From positions 13,439 to 77,438 of the forward strand of contig JAFYUM010000011.1 of assembly GCA_017558505.1 (NCBI GenBank): DNA of 64,000 nucleotides, given 5' to 3'. Each line of letters opens with the position of its first letter. Positions within the stretch are counted from its first letter, which is position 1. The position numbers and the translations under genes were made by a program. This document shows, piece by piece, positions 47,713-57,736 of this stretch. The notes beneath the pieces were generated by a model. The model saw only the letters and a list, made by a program, of their open reading frames with translations, was not told the DNA's origin and did not search any database. Origin of the DNA: Ruminococcus sp. (GTDB lineage Bacteria; Bacillota; Clostridia; Oscillospirales; Ruminococcaceae).

Positions 47713-49950
47713 TCACCGTTTTTCTGTAACGATAATAGTGTTTGTTTTCTTCTTTTTACCGAAAACATCTGTAATTTCACAGTAAAGCATACAGCCTTTT
47801 GTTTCATCTGTGATGACGCATGAATAATTAGGTGATACTGTTGAAGTGGAATGCCAGTAAATGTCGTTGCTGTATCGTATAAACCAGCGATAACGCAGAC
47901 CGCTTCCGGATGCATTGAGAGATGTTCTTGCAACTTCTCCCATAGGTGCTGAAACGTTTGTGGGCTGTCGGAGAATTTCAAGCGGCAAGCCTAAAGTTGC
48001 GGTGCGTGTTTTTATTTTATTGCCGAAAGCGTCAGTTATTTCGCAGTATACTTCTTTGCCGTTTCTGAATTTTGTAAGAGTACAGGAGTAGGTAGCGTCT
48101 GTGTCACTGGAGCGTCCCCAGTAGGTTGTACCTGCATTCCGTTCGTACCACTGATATTTAAGGCCACAGCCTGTTGCCTTTACCGATGTGCTTACAATAC
48201 TGTTCAATTGACCTGTGGTATTGGCAGGGTTTGAGATTATTTCAACAGGTGTACCTGCGGTTATTGTTTCAGTACGGAGAGTTTTGCTGTATCTGTCTGT
48301 AACGTCACAGTAAATCTGTCTGCCGTTGTTTTCTTCTGTAAGAGTGTAGGAATAAGTTGGACTGTCGATATTTTCAACTTTTGGGATGTATCCGTTGGGT
48401 TCAAGGACATACCATTGATATTTTACTTTCTCGCCCGAAGCGGCAACTGTAACGGAAATTGTATCGCCTATAGCAGCTGAAATATTTTTCGGCTGCTTTG
48501 TTATTTCAAGAGGTGCTTCAATATTGCTGCGGACAAAACGCTGAATAAGGTCGGTGCCGCTGTTATCGTCGGGGGCGCCGTTATTGAATTCCACATCTAT
48601 GAATTTCTTGAATGAAGCGTCTTCAAAAGAGGGGTGATCCCAGCATAGCATATAAAGCCTGTGAAGAACGTTTACAAATTTAAGGTACTCAGGGTTTGTT
48701 TCAGATACATCAAGTCCGAGATAATCTTTCAGTACAGAGGCGGCATGGAGGTTTGTATCGCATGAATAACTGTGGTCATAATCCGAATGGGTTGTATCGG
48801 CACTAAAGAAGAATTCAAGCTTGTTCCAGCCGTATTTTTCGCCGATATTAACCATTTTTTTCGCCATATAGTACACGAAATCGTTGGCGTCAGGAGTTTT
48901 CAGGTTATATATGGTGTTGTACGTACCTTTATCGCCGTTTTCCCATATGGTTATATCGCGGATATTTTCGCAGTTGAATATAGCTGTGATACCTCTTACG
49001 TTGGTGTGAACTTCATCGTGGTAGTTGTAATTGGTATCGAAAGTATTGTTTGCTGTGTGACAGGCATATGAGTGGGAAAGTTCATGCATAACGCACCATG
49101 TTATAGCGTTTCTTTCACTTTCCATAACGGAGATAGCTTCTTCGGTGGTGTTGAGTCCGAAAACGGTAAATCCGTTTATTTGCTTCTTACTGTCAAGTTT
49201 ATAGTTGGCGGAATGAGCCGTTGCACACTCTGCGTCGTTGAAAAGCATATACATAGTTCCGCGGCTGAAACCTGTAACGTCGCTTAAACTGTTGATATAC
49301 ACAGTTATGTTATTCAGCCATTTTTTTAAAGCCGCAGTATCAACTTTATCAGGTATGCTTACGAAAAGATTTTCGCCGTCTGGAGTAATGGCTTCAGCCT
49401 TGATGTAATCGCTGCTGTTGCTGATTAAATTGCAGTATGATGCGGCAAAATTATTTACGCCTGAAAAGTATGCGGTTTCAAACCGCATATCGGTGCCGTA
49501 TGTTATGAAATCATAGATGATTTCATATTTTGTATTGGATTTTTTTACAACTGAACTTGGAAGAATAATTCTTACGGGGCACTCTGCTCCGTTGAGGGTG
49601 TGATATACGTAAAGATTGATTGAGCTGAGCCTGCTGTGAGAAAGTCCTGCTGAAGCTTCAACTACGAGAGAGAGCGAAACTCTGTCCAGCATTTCACAGG
49701 GAGTTACAGCTCCTTTTACTATATTGTTTTCAGTGGAAACGGCAATAGGGCTGTTCATTTGCTCGTAAGGCGTTATACGTAAGTCTATTTTTGTTTCGTC
49801 TATTGTGATAGCACTTTGGTCATTGCTGGGGGAAACGAGCGTGCCGAATGCAACGGTGTTGACAATTGGGTGAATTGGCATTGCGTAAAGGGAAAGTAAA
49901 GCGGAGATACCGGCAGCGGCAAGGCTTTTTATGAACTTTTTGCTTTTCAT
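47713..49950 (-). CDS. Secreted M60-like zinc metallopeptidase with three C-terminal Ig-like repeats
   Basis: Signal peptide; VMHELSH plus DEVHTN; three repeats P[LV]EI..P.N.....G......A.G..[VL][KR]Y[QR]W[YF]. Confidence 0.65.
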   Translation of the reverse strand: MKSKKFIKSLAAAGISALLSLYAMPIHPIVNTVAFGTLVSPSNDQSAITIDETKIDLRITPYEQMNSPIAVSTENNIVKGAVTPCEMLDRVSLSLVVEASAGLSHSRLSSINLYVYHTLNGAECPVRIILPSSVVKKSNTKYEIIYDFITYGTDMRFETAYFSGVNNFAASYCNLISNSSDYIKAEAITPDGENLFVSIPDKVDTAALKKWLNNITVYINSLSDVTGFSRGTMYMLFNDAECATAHSANYKLDSKKQINGFTVFGLNTTEEAISVMESERNAITWCVMHELSHSYACHTANNTFDTNYNYHDEVHTNVRGITAIFNCENIRDITIWENGDKGTYNTIYNLKTPDANDFVYYMAKKMVNIGEKYGWNKLEFFFSADTTHSDYDHSYSCDTNLHAASVLKDYLGLDVSETNPEYLKFVNVLHRLYMLCWDHPSFEDASFKKFIDVEFNNGAPDDNSGTDLIQRFVRSNIEAPLEITKQPKNISAAIGDTISVTVAASGEKVKYQWYVLEPNGYIPKVENIDSPTYSYTLTEENNGRQIYCDVTDRYSKTLRTETITAGTPVEIISNPANTTGQLNSIVSTSVKATGCGLKYQWYERNAGTTYWGRSSDTDATYSCTLTKFRNGKEVYCEITDAFGNKIKTRTATLGLPLEILRQPTNVSAPMGEVARTSLNASGSGLRYRWFIRYSNDIYWHSTSTVSPNYSCVITDETKGCMLYCEITDVFGKKKKTNTIIVTEKR

Positions 49951-50022
49951 TATAGCTCACTCTTTTCTTATAAAATTTAGCGAATTTTCAAAATGATAAT
50001 TTTATTTTTATAACCAGTTTTC

Positions 50023-50051
50023 ATTATATCAAAATAAAATATTTTTGTCAA
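50023..50051 (-). promoter_or_regulatory. sigmaA promoter of the M60-like/LRR-dockerin operon
   Basis: Minus strand TTGACA-17-TATAAT with TGn. Confidence 0.75.
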
Positions 50052-50205
50052 GGTGTTTTTTACGATAAATCCCGAAAAACAGCGGATTTATCAATTGTTG
50101 CGGAGTTTTGTGAAATACCCCGAAAACACGGTTTGTTTAATAGCGTCAAAAGAAATCAACACTCTTGTTTATATTAACCAAATAGCTTATGGAATAAAAT
50201 GTGAA

Positions 50206-50234
50206 TTGACAAATTGAGTTAAAAATGTTATAAT
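50206..50234 (+). promoter_or_regulatory. sigmaA promoter of the DUF3810 gene
   Basis: TTGACA-17-TATAAT with TGn. Confidence 0.8.
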
Positions 50235-50267
50235 GAGGGTATAATCTTGACAAGAAAGGAGATTGCT

Positions 50268-51542
50268 ATGGATACATTAATAAAAGAAGAAACAGTTGTA
50301 TCTGAAGTTATAGAGGAGAAAACTCCGGAAAAAAAGAAAAAATCAAAATACTGGCGGATTGCTGCTGCTGTTTTTTTAATTACGGTAATTCTTGCATTGC
50401 TGTCATTTATTACTCCTTTCTGCGACTGGTATGCAAATAATGCTTATATTTATTTATGCGACGGTTTGACCTATATGACCGCATATCTTCCATTTTGCCT
50501 TGGAGAAATGATGATGTATCTGGGAATTGCAATGGTCATCTTCAGCGTCATATTTTTAATTCTGCTTATTTTTCTTAGGAAAAAGCCGAAATACCGCCGT
50601 TTCTGCGGAGGATATTTCAAAACATTCCTGATGATGCTCCTCTGCGTCCTCTTTTTGTATATGCCTATGTGGCTTATCCCTTTCAGAAGCTCTGTTATGG
50701 GTGAGGGCGAAACGGGAAAGAGGACGGAATTTACATATGATGAGATTTACGCCCTCCTCGAATATTCGGTAAATGGTCTTAATCAGGCTGCGGAAGAAAT
50801 AGAAATTGCCGAGGACGGAAAGGTTTTATTTCCCACAACTGAGGAAACACAGTCTCTTATAAATGAGGCTTTGGTGAATATTTCCGAGGAATTTCCACGT
50901 ATGAGTGGATTCTATCCCACTGTAAAGCCAGCCTTGTGCTCCGATATTCTGGAACGGATGTGGATTGGCGGATATACATATCCTTTTACAATGGAAGCAA
51001 CTCATAACAAGTACACCTCCCCCACATATCAGCCTATTCTTGACGCTCATGAGCTTACACACCACAAGGGCTACTACAAGGAAAATGAAGCTGAATTTTT
51101 AAGCCAGCTTGCCTTGATTAAGAGTGATAACCCGCTGCTGAGATTTTCGGCTTTTGACCAGATGTATGGTTTTGTGTGGGATGAATATGATGAAACAACA
51201 ACGGCGATAGTCGAGGATTTGATAGCAAAAGGCGAGCTTGAACGACCTGACCTTAATGATGTGGAAAGTGTGAAAAATTATATTGACAAGCTCAACCAGA
51301 TATTCAAGCCTGAACCGCAACCCAGCGAAAGAGTGTATCAGATAGCAGATGCAGGTTATGTAATAGCTCAGGAGATATATGAGGAGGATTCCCACCCAAT
51401 TGACGAAATGCCTGCAGTCAACGAGGTTATTGAAGAAACCGCCGATGTTGGCTGGGAAACGCAGGGAGAGATTTTGCAGGAAAACACCTATGACGGTGTG
51501 ACATTGCTTCTTTTGCAGTATTTTGACGGAATTTTATATTGA
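50268..51542 (+). CDS. DUF3810-family membrane protein (putative zincin)
   Basis: Three N-terminal TM segments, GYTYPFTMEA, HELTHHKGY..ENEAEF. Confidence 0.8.
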   Translation: MDTLIKEETVVSEVIEEKTPEKKKKSKYWRIAAAVFLITVILALLSFITPFCDWYANNAYIYLCDGLTYMTAYLPFCLGEMMMYLGIAMVIFSVIFLILLIFLRKKPKYRRFCGGYFKTFLMMLLCVLFLYMPMWLIPFRSSVMGEGETGKRTEFTYDEIYALLEYSVNGLNQAAEEIEIAEDGKVLFPTTEETQSLINEALVNISEEFPRMSGFYPTVKPALCSDILERMWIGGYTYPFTMEATHNKYTSPTYQPILDAHELTHHKGYYKENEAEFLSQLALIKSDNPLLRFSAFDQMYGFVWDEYDETTTAIVEDLIAKGELERPDLNDVESVKNYIDKLNQIFKPEPQPSERVYQIADAGYVIAQEIYEEDSHPIDEMPAVNEVIEETADVGWETQGEILQENTYDGVTLLLLQYFDGILY

Positions 51543-51546
51543 TATA

Positions 51547-51577
51547 ATCCCCGAAGTGACACGCTTCGGGGATTTGT
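51547..51577 (+). terminator. Palindromic terminator; near-copy at 53161-53191
   Basis: ATCCCCGAAG-TGACACG-CTTCGGGGAT-TTGT. Confidence 0.7.
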
Positions 51578-51758
51578 GTTGTGAAAAAACACAATTTATT
51601 ACACATCAAAGGGGGATTTGATTTTCAAAAACAACAAAAATAATAGAGATTTGAGATTGTTTACAATTTATCCATTGATTTTTCGTGTAGACGTAGTATA
51701 ATCGTATCATAATATTTTTAACAATATTATATAAGGATTATTTTTGGAGGATTTAAAA

Positions 51759-52460
51759 ATGAAGAAAATGAAAAAAATTGCAGCTATGGCTGCGGCACTT
51801 GTGGTGTGTTCAGGAACAGCGTCGTATATGCCGCAGGACACATCAGACAATGGTGTAATCACTGCATCGGCATCCAATGTTATTAGTTTCGGTTCTCAAA
51901 TGGAAGTTTTCGGTGATGAAGAAGCTTACGTCTTCCACGTAAACGACAACCTTATTGAAAATCCAGCCAGTTATTTAGGCTATTTAAAGGCAAGGGTTTA
52001 CGATGAGGACGGAAGACCCCTGATTTCTGATTGCTGGCTTGATAGCGGTTACTTTGAATTTAATTTATCGAATGTTGATATGACAAAAGCAGGTACATAT
52101 CCTGTTGAAGTAATATATACTGGAGATGAAACAATCCGCACTACTATCAATATCACAATTGTACCTAAGGATTCACCTTTAACAACAGCACCTGTTGTAA
52201 CAACAGTAACTACTACAAAACCCACAACAACTACTACAAAGCCTACAACAACAACTACAGCTACAACCACAACAACAACTACTACAACTACAGCTGTAAC
52301 AACAGAAAATGAAACTCCCGAAACAACTACAACTGTAACAACACTGCCCCAGACAGGTTATTCCACAGTTTACAATTACATTATGCTTATGGCAGTTGTA
52401 ATGTCAATTCTTGGTGGATTTGCAATGGCAAAGAGCAGAAGAAAACTGAATAACAACTAA
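51759..52460 (+). CDS. Sortase substrate: signal peptide, Ig-like domain, Thr-rich linker, LPQTG anchor
   Basis: VDMTKAGTYPVEVIY Ig-like motif, poly-Thr stretch, LPQTG followed by TM and KSRRK. Confidence 0.88.
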   Translation: MKKMKKIAAMAAALVVCSGTASYMPQDTSDNGVITASASNVISFGSQMEVFGDEEAYVFHVNDNLIENPASYLGYLKARVYDEDGRPLISDCWLDSGYFEFNLSNVDMTKAGTYPVEVIYTGDETIRTTINITIVPKDSPLTTAPVVTTVTTTKPTTTTTKPTTTTTATTTTTTTTTTAVTTENETPETTTTVTTLPQTGYSTVYNYIMLMAVVMSILGGFAMAKSRRKLNNN

Positions 52461-52471
52461 TTCAACAATTA

Positions 52472-52500
52472 AAAGGAGCATCTTTTTTCGATGCTCCTTT
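52472..52500 (+). terminator. Terminator after the LPQTG gene
   Basis: AAAGGAGCATC-7-GATGCTCCTTT. Confidence 0.75.
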
Positions 52501-52561
52501 GTTGCAATATGAGTTAAAATATGCTATAATAGTATGAGATGCGTTTAAAGGAGATATTATA

Positions 52562-53074
52562 ATGACAGAAAAAAAGAGAAAAGTGATTTTTACCCTCGGA
52601 TTTATAGCAATGGTGATAGGCATTACTGTGCTTGGAATTTTCGGCTGGAAACGTATCAGCAGGGAAATTGAAAAACATAGGCTTCTTAAAGAATGTGTAG
52701 TATTTGAAATTCCCGACTTGGATATAAAAGCTCCCGTTATGGACGGAACAGAGCATGAAGTTCTGTCGAAAGCGGCAGGTCATTTTCCAAATACAGGCAG
52801 AGTCGGCGGTGGAAATTACTGCATTGCAGGTCATAACAGCACAATTTATGCTGAAATTTTCAACGAACTGAAAAATATTGAGCTTGGAATGGAAATGAAA
52901 TTAATTGACAACAATGAAAACAGAACGGTATATACTTATACCGTAACGGAAAATTTCATTGTAAATCCCAGTGAAACATGGATTCTTAAAGATTTCGGAG
53001 ATGACCGTATTACAATCGTGACCTGCACCGATGACGGAACACAGCGGCAGATAGTTGTGGGACAGCTGAAATAG
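52562..53074 (+). CDS. Sortase (class D-like)
   Basis: N-terminal TM, AAGHF, CIAGHN (His), ITIVTC (Cys), downstream Arg; own TTGCAA-17-TATAAT promoter at 52502-52530. Confidence 0.9.
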   Translation: MTEKKRKVIFTLGFIAMVIGITVLGIFGWKRISREIEKHRLLKECVVFEIPDLDIKAPVMDGTEHEVLSKAAGHFPNTGRVGGGNYCIAGHNSTIYAEIFNELKNIELGMEMKLIDNNENRTVYTYTVTENFIVNPSETWILKDFGDDRITIVTCTDDGTQRQIVVGQLK

Positions 53075-53266
53075 CTGTTGGTGTAATATTGCTCCCCCGA
53101 CTAAACCTTGCTTTTATCTTTTCGGCAAGGTTTAATTGATGAAGCAATAAATAATAAAATTTCCCTGAAGTGTCACACTTCGGGGATTTGTACATACTTT
53201 ATTCATTGCATTTCGACTGTTGATGTGTTATAATTGTATCAACACAGGAACGGCGGAGGTGAGAGA

Positions 53267-53632
53267 ATGAAAGGTTTTAAAAAAACATTGACTATCGTAG
53301 TTTCTGCGGCGGTTTGTGCAGGTGCTTCGGAAATACCGATACATTTCTCTGACAGCCATAAAAACGACAATTCTTCTGATACTTTTATCCTTGGCGATGT
53401 TCTGGAGGATGGTGCAGTTAATGCAAGTGACGCTTCGATTGTTCTGTCGGAATATTCAATTCTCTCAACGGGTAAAACTTCCTCATTTACCGAAAAACAG
53501 ATGAAAGCCGCCGATGTGAACGGCGACGGGAAATTTGATTCTATTGACGCTACTATTATTCTGGCTTATTACAGTCATATTTCCACAAGTGAGTATATGT
53601 CTGTTGAGGAATTTGTGGAGAATGAGTATTGA
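53267..53632 (+). CDS. Small secreted dockerin-only protein
   Basis: Signal peptide, short linker, GDVLEDGAVNASDAS...ADVNGDGKFDSIDAT; promoter TTGCAT-17-TATAAT at 53206-53234. Confidence 0.85.
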   Translation: MKGFKKTLTIVVSAAVCAGASEIPIHFSDSHKNDNSSDTFILGDVLEDGAVNASDASIVLSEYSILSTGKTSSFTEKQMKAADVNGDGKFDSIDATIILAYYSHISTSEYMSVEEFVENEY

Positions 53633-53650
53633 TTAATGCGGAATTATACT

Positions 53651-53704
53651 GTAAGGGAGCAATGTCCACGATGTCCCGTTAATTTTATTGTTATCCGCCC
53701 CTAC
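53651..53704. repeat. Degenerate GTAG-type REP-like pair
   Basis: GTAAGGGAGCAATGTCCACGATGTCCCG and TTATCCGCCCCTAC (reverse complement GTAGGGGCGGATAA). Confidence 0.4.
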
Positions 53705-53770
53705 ACGTATACTTGCAAATCAGCACATTCGGCAAGAACTACCAAAGGCAGCCCCTGCAAAAATAACAAT

Positions 53771-53813
53771 ATAAAAAGGCGGCAGATTTCCGATTAACGT
53801 GAAATCTGCCGCC
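53771..53813 (-). terminator. Terminator of cbp
   Basis: GGCGGCAGATTTC/GAAATCTGCCGCC with U-run on the minus strand. Confidence 0.85.
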
Positions 53814-53840
53814 GTTATTATTTATGCATAAGGCATTTAA

Positions 53841-56297
53841 TTAGCCCATTACAACTTCAACAGTATGCTCGCCACTCTCGAAAGCAGGAATTACATTGCC
53901 CTCAACAGCCTGTCCGTCAACAGTCATTGATACAACGCCCTTGCAAACGTGGTTGGGATTCTTAACTGTGATATTATAAGTTGCACCACGGAACTTTCTT
54001 GTAGCTGTAAAGCCGTCCCACTCGTGAGGAATTGAAGGATCAACCTTTAATCCGTCCCAATCAGGAGAAATTCCGAGAATATACTGGGAAATAGCAACCA
54101 TATTCCATGCTGCTGTACCTGTAAGCCATGAGTTCTTACCCTCACCGAAGCGACTTGCGTCCTTACCGGCAATCATCTGACCGTATACATAAGGCTCAGT
54201 CTTGTGGAGGTCGGAAATTTCCTCGTTGAATGCAGGAGCAATCTTGCTGTAGTACTCGAATGCCTTGTCACCTCTGCCAGCGTAAGCTTCAGCACAGATA
54301 ATCCAAGCATTGTTGTGTGTGAAGATACCTGCGTTTTCCTTGTATCCGCCTGGATATGTGGAAATCTCACCGTACTGGATATAGTACTTGGAGAATGCAG
54401 GGTTATTGAGAACAAGACCATACTTTGTATTGAGGTACTTGTCGATAGAATCAAGAGTCTTGATGTCAGCTCCCTCTTCCTTACCGATTTCAGACATAAC
54501 AGCAAAGCCCTGTGGTTCGATGAATATCTTACCTTCCTCGCACTCCTTGGAGCCCATTTTAGCACCTGTGGAGTCATAAGCACGGAGGAACCAATCGCCG
54601 TCAAATGCGGATTCCATAACGCACTTCTTCATATTGTCGATTTCAGCCTGTGCAGCAGCAGCCTCATCGTCCTTACCGAGATGCTTGAGAATAGCAACAT
54701 AGTTAGGACCTGCATATGTAAACAGAGTAGCAACCATTACAGATTCAGCAATCTTGGAGTAGCCGCCCTCAGCAGCAAACTTGGGATTTGTATAAGTCTG
54801 GAAGCTTTCGCCGGGAGTATCGGAGAAGCATGAAAGGTTGATACAGTCGTTCCAGTCAGCACGCATAGCAAGGGGCAGACCGTGAGGACCGAGGTTGTTT
54901 ACAATCTTGTAGAATGAAACTTTGAGGTGGTCAAGCATTGGCTTAGCCTTTGACATATCGTTGTCGTAAGGAACAAGCTCATCAAGGAGTGACCAATCGC
55001 CTGTTTCTCTGATATACGCGGAAACAGAAAGAATCATCCACAGCGGATCGTCTGAGAAGTCGCCGCCGATATCGGAGTTACCCTTCTTTGTAAGAGGCTG
55101 GTACTGGTGATAGCATCCGCCGTCTTCGAGCTGGGTTGAAGCGATGTCGATAATACGCTCTCTTGCACGGTCGGGAATCTGGTGAACGAAACCGAGAATG
55201 TCCTGATTGGAGTCACGGAAGCCCATACCACGGCCGATACCGCTTTCAAAGTAAGAAGCAGAACGTGAAAGGTTGAAAGTAACCATACACTGATACTGGT
55301 TCCAGATATTAACCATACGGTTAACCTTATCATCGGAAGTATTAACATTGAGGATACCGAGAAGCTCGTCCCATGCAGCCTTAAGCTCTGCAAGACCTGC
55401 GGCAACCTTTTCAGGTGTGTTGTACTGGTCAATCATAGCAAGAGCCTTTTCCTTGTTGATTGTTACGCCGTCAGCCTCGAACTTCTTGTCAACGGGCATT
55501 TCAACGTAGCCGAGGATAAAGATAAGAGTCTTTGACTCGCCGGGAGCGAGAGTAATCTTCTTGTAGTGTGAAGCAATGGGTGACCAGCCGTCAGCAAATG
55601 AGTTTGTAGCAGCACCTGCCATAACAGCCTGAGGATCGTTGAAGCCATTGTAAAGACCGATGAATGAATCTCTGTCTGTATCGTAGCCGTCGATTTCATC
55701 GTTTACTGTATAGAATGCGAAGTGGTCACGTCTGTCTCTGTACTCTGTCTTGTGATAGATTGTGGAGCCAACAACTTCTACACGGCCGGTAGAGAAGTTT
55801 CTCTGGAAGTTTGTGCAGTCGTCCTGTGCGTCCCAGAGACACCATTCAGCAAATGAGAAAAGTGAGAATGACTTTTCTTCTGTACCTTCGTTTGTGAGTA
55901 CAACCTGCTGAACTTCGCCGTTGTAATTCTGGGGAACGAAGAAAGTAACCTGTGCTTTAAGGTCATTCTTCTTACCTGTGATGATTGTATATCCCATACC
56001 GTGACGGCACTCGTAGGAATCAAGCTCTGTCTTGACAGGTGACCAGCCGGGGTTCCATACTGTACCATTGTCGTTGATATAGAAGTAACGTCCGCCCATA
56101 TCAATCGGTACGTTGTTGTAGCGGTAACGTGTGATACGTCTTAAACGAGCGTCCTTATAGAAGCTGTAACCGCCTGCTGTGTTTGAAATCAGTGAAAAGA
56201 AAGCCTGTGTTCCGAGGTAGTTAATCCACGGATAGGGTGTTCTGGGGGAATTAATGACATATTCCTTATTTGCGTCATCAAAAAATCCGAACTTCAT
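53841..56297 (-). CDS. cbp: Cellobiose phosphorylase (GH94)
   Basis: [40 protein letters not shown] (catalytic Asp), [17 protein letters not shown]. Confidence 0.93.
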   Translation of the reverse strand: MKFGFFDDANKEYVINSPRTPYPWINYLGTQAFFSLISNTAGGYSFYKDARLRRITRYRYNNVPIDMGGRYFYINDNGTVWNPGWSPVKTELDSYECRHGMGYTIITGKKNDLKAQVTFFVPQNYNGEVQQVVLTNEGTEEKSFSLFSFAEWCLWDAQDDCTNFQRNFSTGRVEVVGSTIYHKTEYRDRRDHFAFYTVNDEIDGYDTDRDSFIGLYNGFNDPQAVMAGAATNSFADGWSPIASHYKKITLAPGESKTLIFILGYVEMPVDKKFEADGVTINKEKALAMIDQYNTPEKVAAGLAELKAAWDELLGILNVNTSDDKVNRMVNIWNQYQCMVTFNLSRSASYFESGIGRGMGFRDSNQDILGFVHQIPDRARERIIDIASTQLEDGGCYHQYQPLTKKGNSDIGGDFSDDPLWMILSVSAYIRETGDWSLLDELVPYDNDMSKAKPMLDHLKVSFYKIVNNLGPHGLPLAMRADWNDCINLSCFSDTPGESFQTYTNPKFAAEGGYSKIAESVMVATLFTYAGPNYVAILKHLGKDDEAAAAQAEIDNMKKCVMESAFDGDWFLRAYDSTGAKMGSKECEEGKIFIEPQGFAVMSEIGKEEGADIKTLDSIDKYLNTKYGLVLNNPAFSKYYIQYGEISTYPGGYKENAGIFTHNNAWIICAEAYAGRGDKAFEYYSKIAPAFNEEISDLHKTEPYVYGQMIAGKDASRFGEGKNSWLTGTAAWNMVAISQYILGISPDWDGLKVDPSIPHEWDGFTATRKFRGATYNITVKNPNHVCKGVVSMTVDGQAVEGNVIPAFESGEHTVEVVMG

Positions 56298-56547
56298 TGT
56301 AATCTACTCCTTACTTATTATATTGATAGTTGATAATAACGCTGCTTTTTTATGTTGGTTAATACAGACAGCGTATATGATACCAGCTAAAAGTCCGATA
56401 ACTCAAATATCACTTACTATTATAACATAAAATGAACAATAATACAAGTGCTTGCGTATCTTTTAGATGTACTATTTTTTTATTTAAATTTGTGCATTTC
56501 GACTAAATACATTCCCTAAATATTACCTTTTAAGGAATACAAGTCTG

Positions 56548-57555
56548 TTATTTGGAGAAAAATCTCTGATGTGCAGTAAATACTTCGCCGGGTTTTACTT
56601 CACGGTAGCCTGTAACATCAGGGGAGAGAGACAGATTTGGAGCATCAATCATAGCTGTCATAGGCTCGGGACAGAAATAGTGGTTGAAGCCACGGTCATT
56701 CCAGATAATCCAGAAGCCGTATTCCTCTGAAACCTCGTAGCAGAGCTTCTTTCCGCTTGCAGTATCCTCGGCAATAACACCATAGAAGTCCTGTTCGTCA
56801 AGCTTGGCAGTCTCGGCTGTGTACATATCGTTGTCAACAACCTGTAAAACAGGGCACTTTGTACCTTCCTTATACTCTAAATCCCACATTGTGAGAGTTT
56901 TAAGCTGCTCTGTGGGGAGACATCTTTCGTTCAGCTCGCACTTCTTGCCAATCGGCACTGTAAGGCGGATATCCTCCTCCTTTGCACCATCAACGAAGGG
57001 AGCACTGATAGCTGTATGGGATGCAAGGGACATAGGAAGAACCTTGTCGTCGTTGTTTATGAAGCAGATGTCCTGTTCAAGACCGCTTGCGGAGAGAGTG
57101 AAAGTATATTCTGCTGTGAAGCGTACAGGAAGATACTGGAAGAACTCGTCTTTTTCGTCATAAACGTAGCGTGTTTTCAGCCACGCACAGTTACTGTCAG
57201 AGCTGTGCTCCACAACCTCGAATTTGCGCTTGTGGATAAAGCCATGAATATGGTTGTTATATGGCGCTTTTTCGTTTACGGGGAGCTGATATACAGCGTC
57301 GCTTGTTTTGAGAACGCCGTCTGCGAAACGGTTGGGGAGATAAAGTGTAGGAAGTCCCCATACTTCGGCGGATTTGAAAATATCGTCGAAGGTATTGTCG
57401 GGATTCCAGCGGAAGAACTCCATTCCCTCGTTGTTGTTGCGGAGGCGGATAACATTACAGCCGATTTCGTATGCAATAAGTGCCTCATAGCCTCCTGCGG
57501 ACAGTTTAACGCAGGTCATTCCGTTGTGAGTCATAATCTGTGTTGTGTTGCTCAT
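56548..57555 (-). CDS. Aldose 1-epimerase family protein
   Basis: LYLPNRFADG, NNHIHG, SLASH, FCPEPMT; upstream of cbp. Confidence 0.85.
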   Translation of the reverse strand: MSNTTQIMTHNGMTCVKLSAGGYEALIAYEIGCNVIRLRNNNEGMEFFRWNPDNTFDDIFKSAEVWGLPTLYLPNRFADGVLKTSDAVYQLPVNEKAPYNNHIHGFIHKRKFEVVEHSSDSNCAWLKTRYVYDEKDEFFQYLPVRFTAEYTFTLSASGLEQDICFINNDDKVLPMSLASHTAISAPFVDGAKEEDIRLTVPIGKKCELNERCLPTEQLKTLTMWDLEYKEGTKCPVLQVVDNDMYTAETAKLDEQDFYGVIAEDTASGKKLCYEVSEEYGFWIIWNDRGFNHYFCPEPMTAMIDAPNLSLSPDVTGYREVKPGEVFTAHQRFFSK

Positions 57556-57656
57556 AAAAATCAAAACCTTTCTTTGAGTATTTACAATAATATCATTTCT
57601 ATTATAACATATTTTGGTTTGTTTGTAAAGCTTTTTTTGTAAATTTTGCCATGATA

Positions 57657-57677
57657 GTGGCGGATAATATCCGCTAC
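57657..57677. repeat. REP-like palindrome
   Basis: GTGGCGGATAATATCCGCTAC (minus strand starts GTAG). Confidence 0.5.
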
Positions 57678-57706
57678 GTCGCAGTCAGTTGAAATAATTA
57701 CACATT

Positions 57707-57732
57707 AAAAAGGCACCGAAAGGTGCCTTTTT
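57707..57732 (-). terminator. Terminator of citrate synthase
   Basis: AAAAAGGCACC-GAAA-GGTGCCTTTTT. Confidence 0.85.
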
Positions 57733-57736
57733 AAAA

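Noticed and set aside
50122-50147. ECF-type promoter GAAAAC-N16-CGTC upstream of DUF3810
   Set aside because: A single short match that could be chance; a perfect sigmaA promoter already explains expression.
52195-52345. ACA/ACT microsatellite as a contingency locus
   Set aside because: In-frame Thr-rich linker codons with synonymous variation; a normal stalk.
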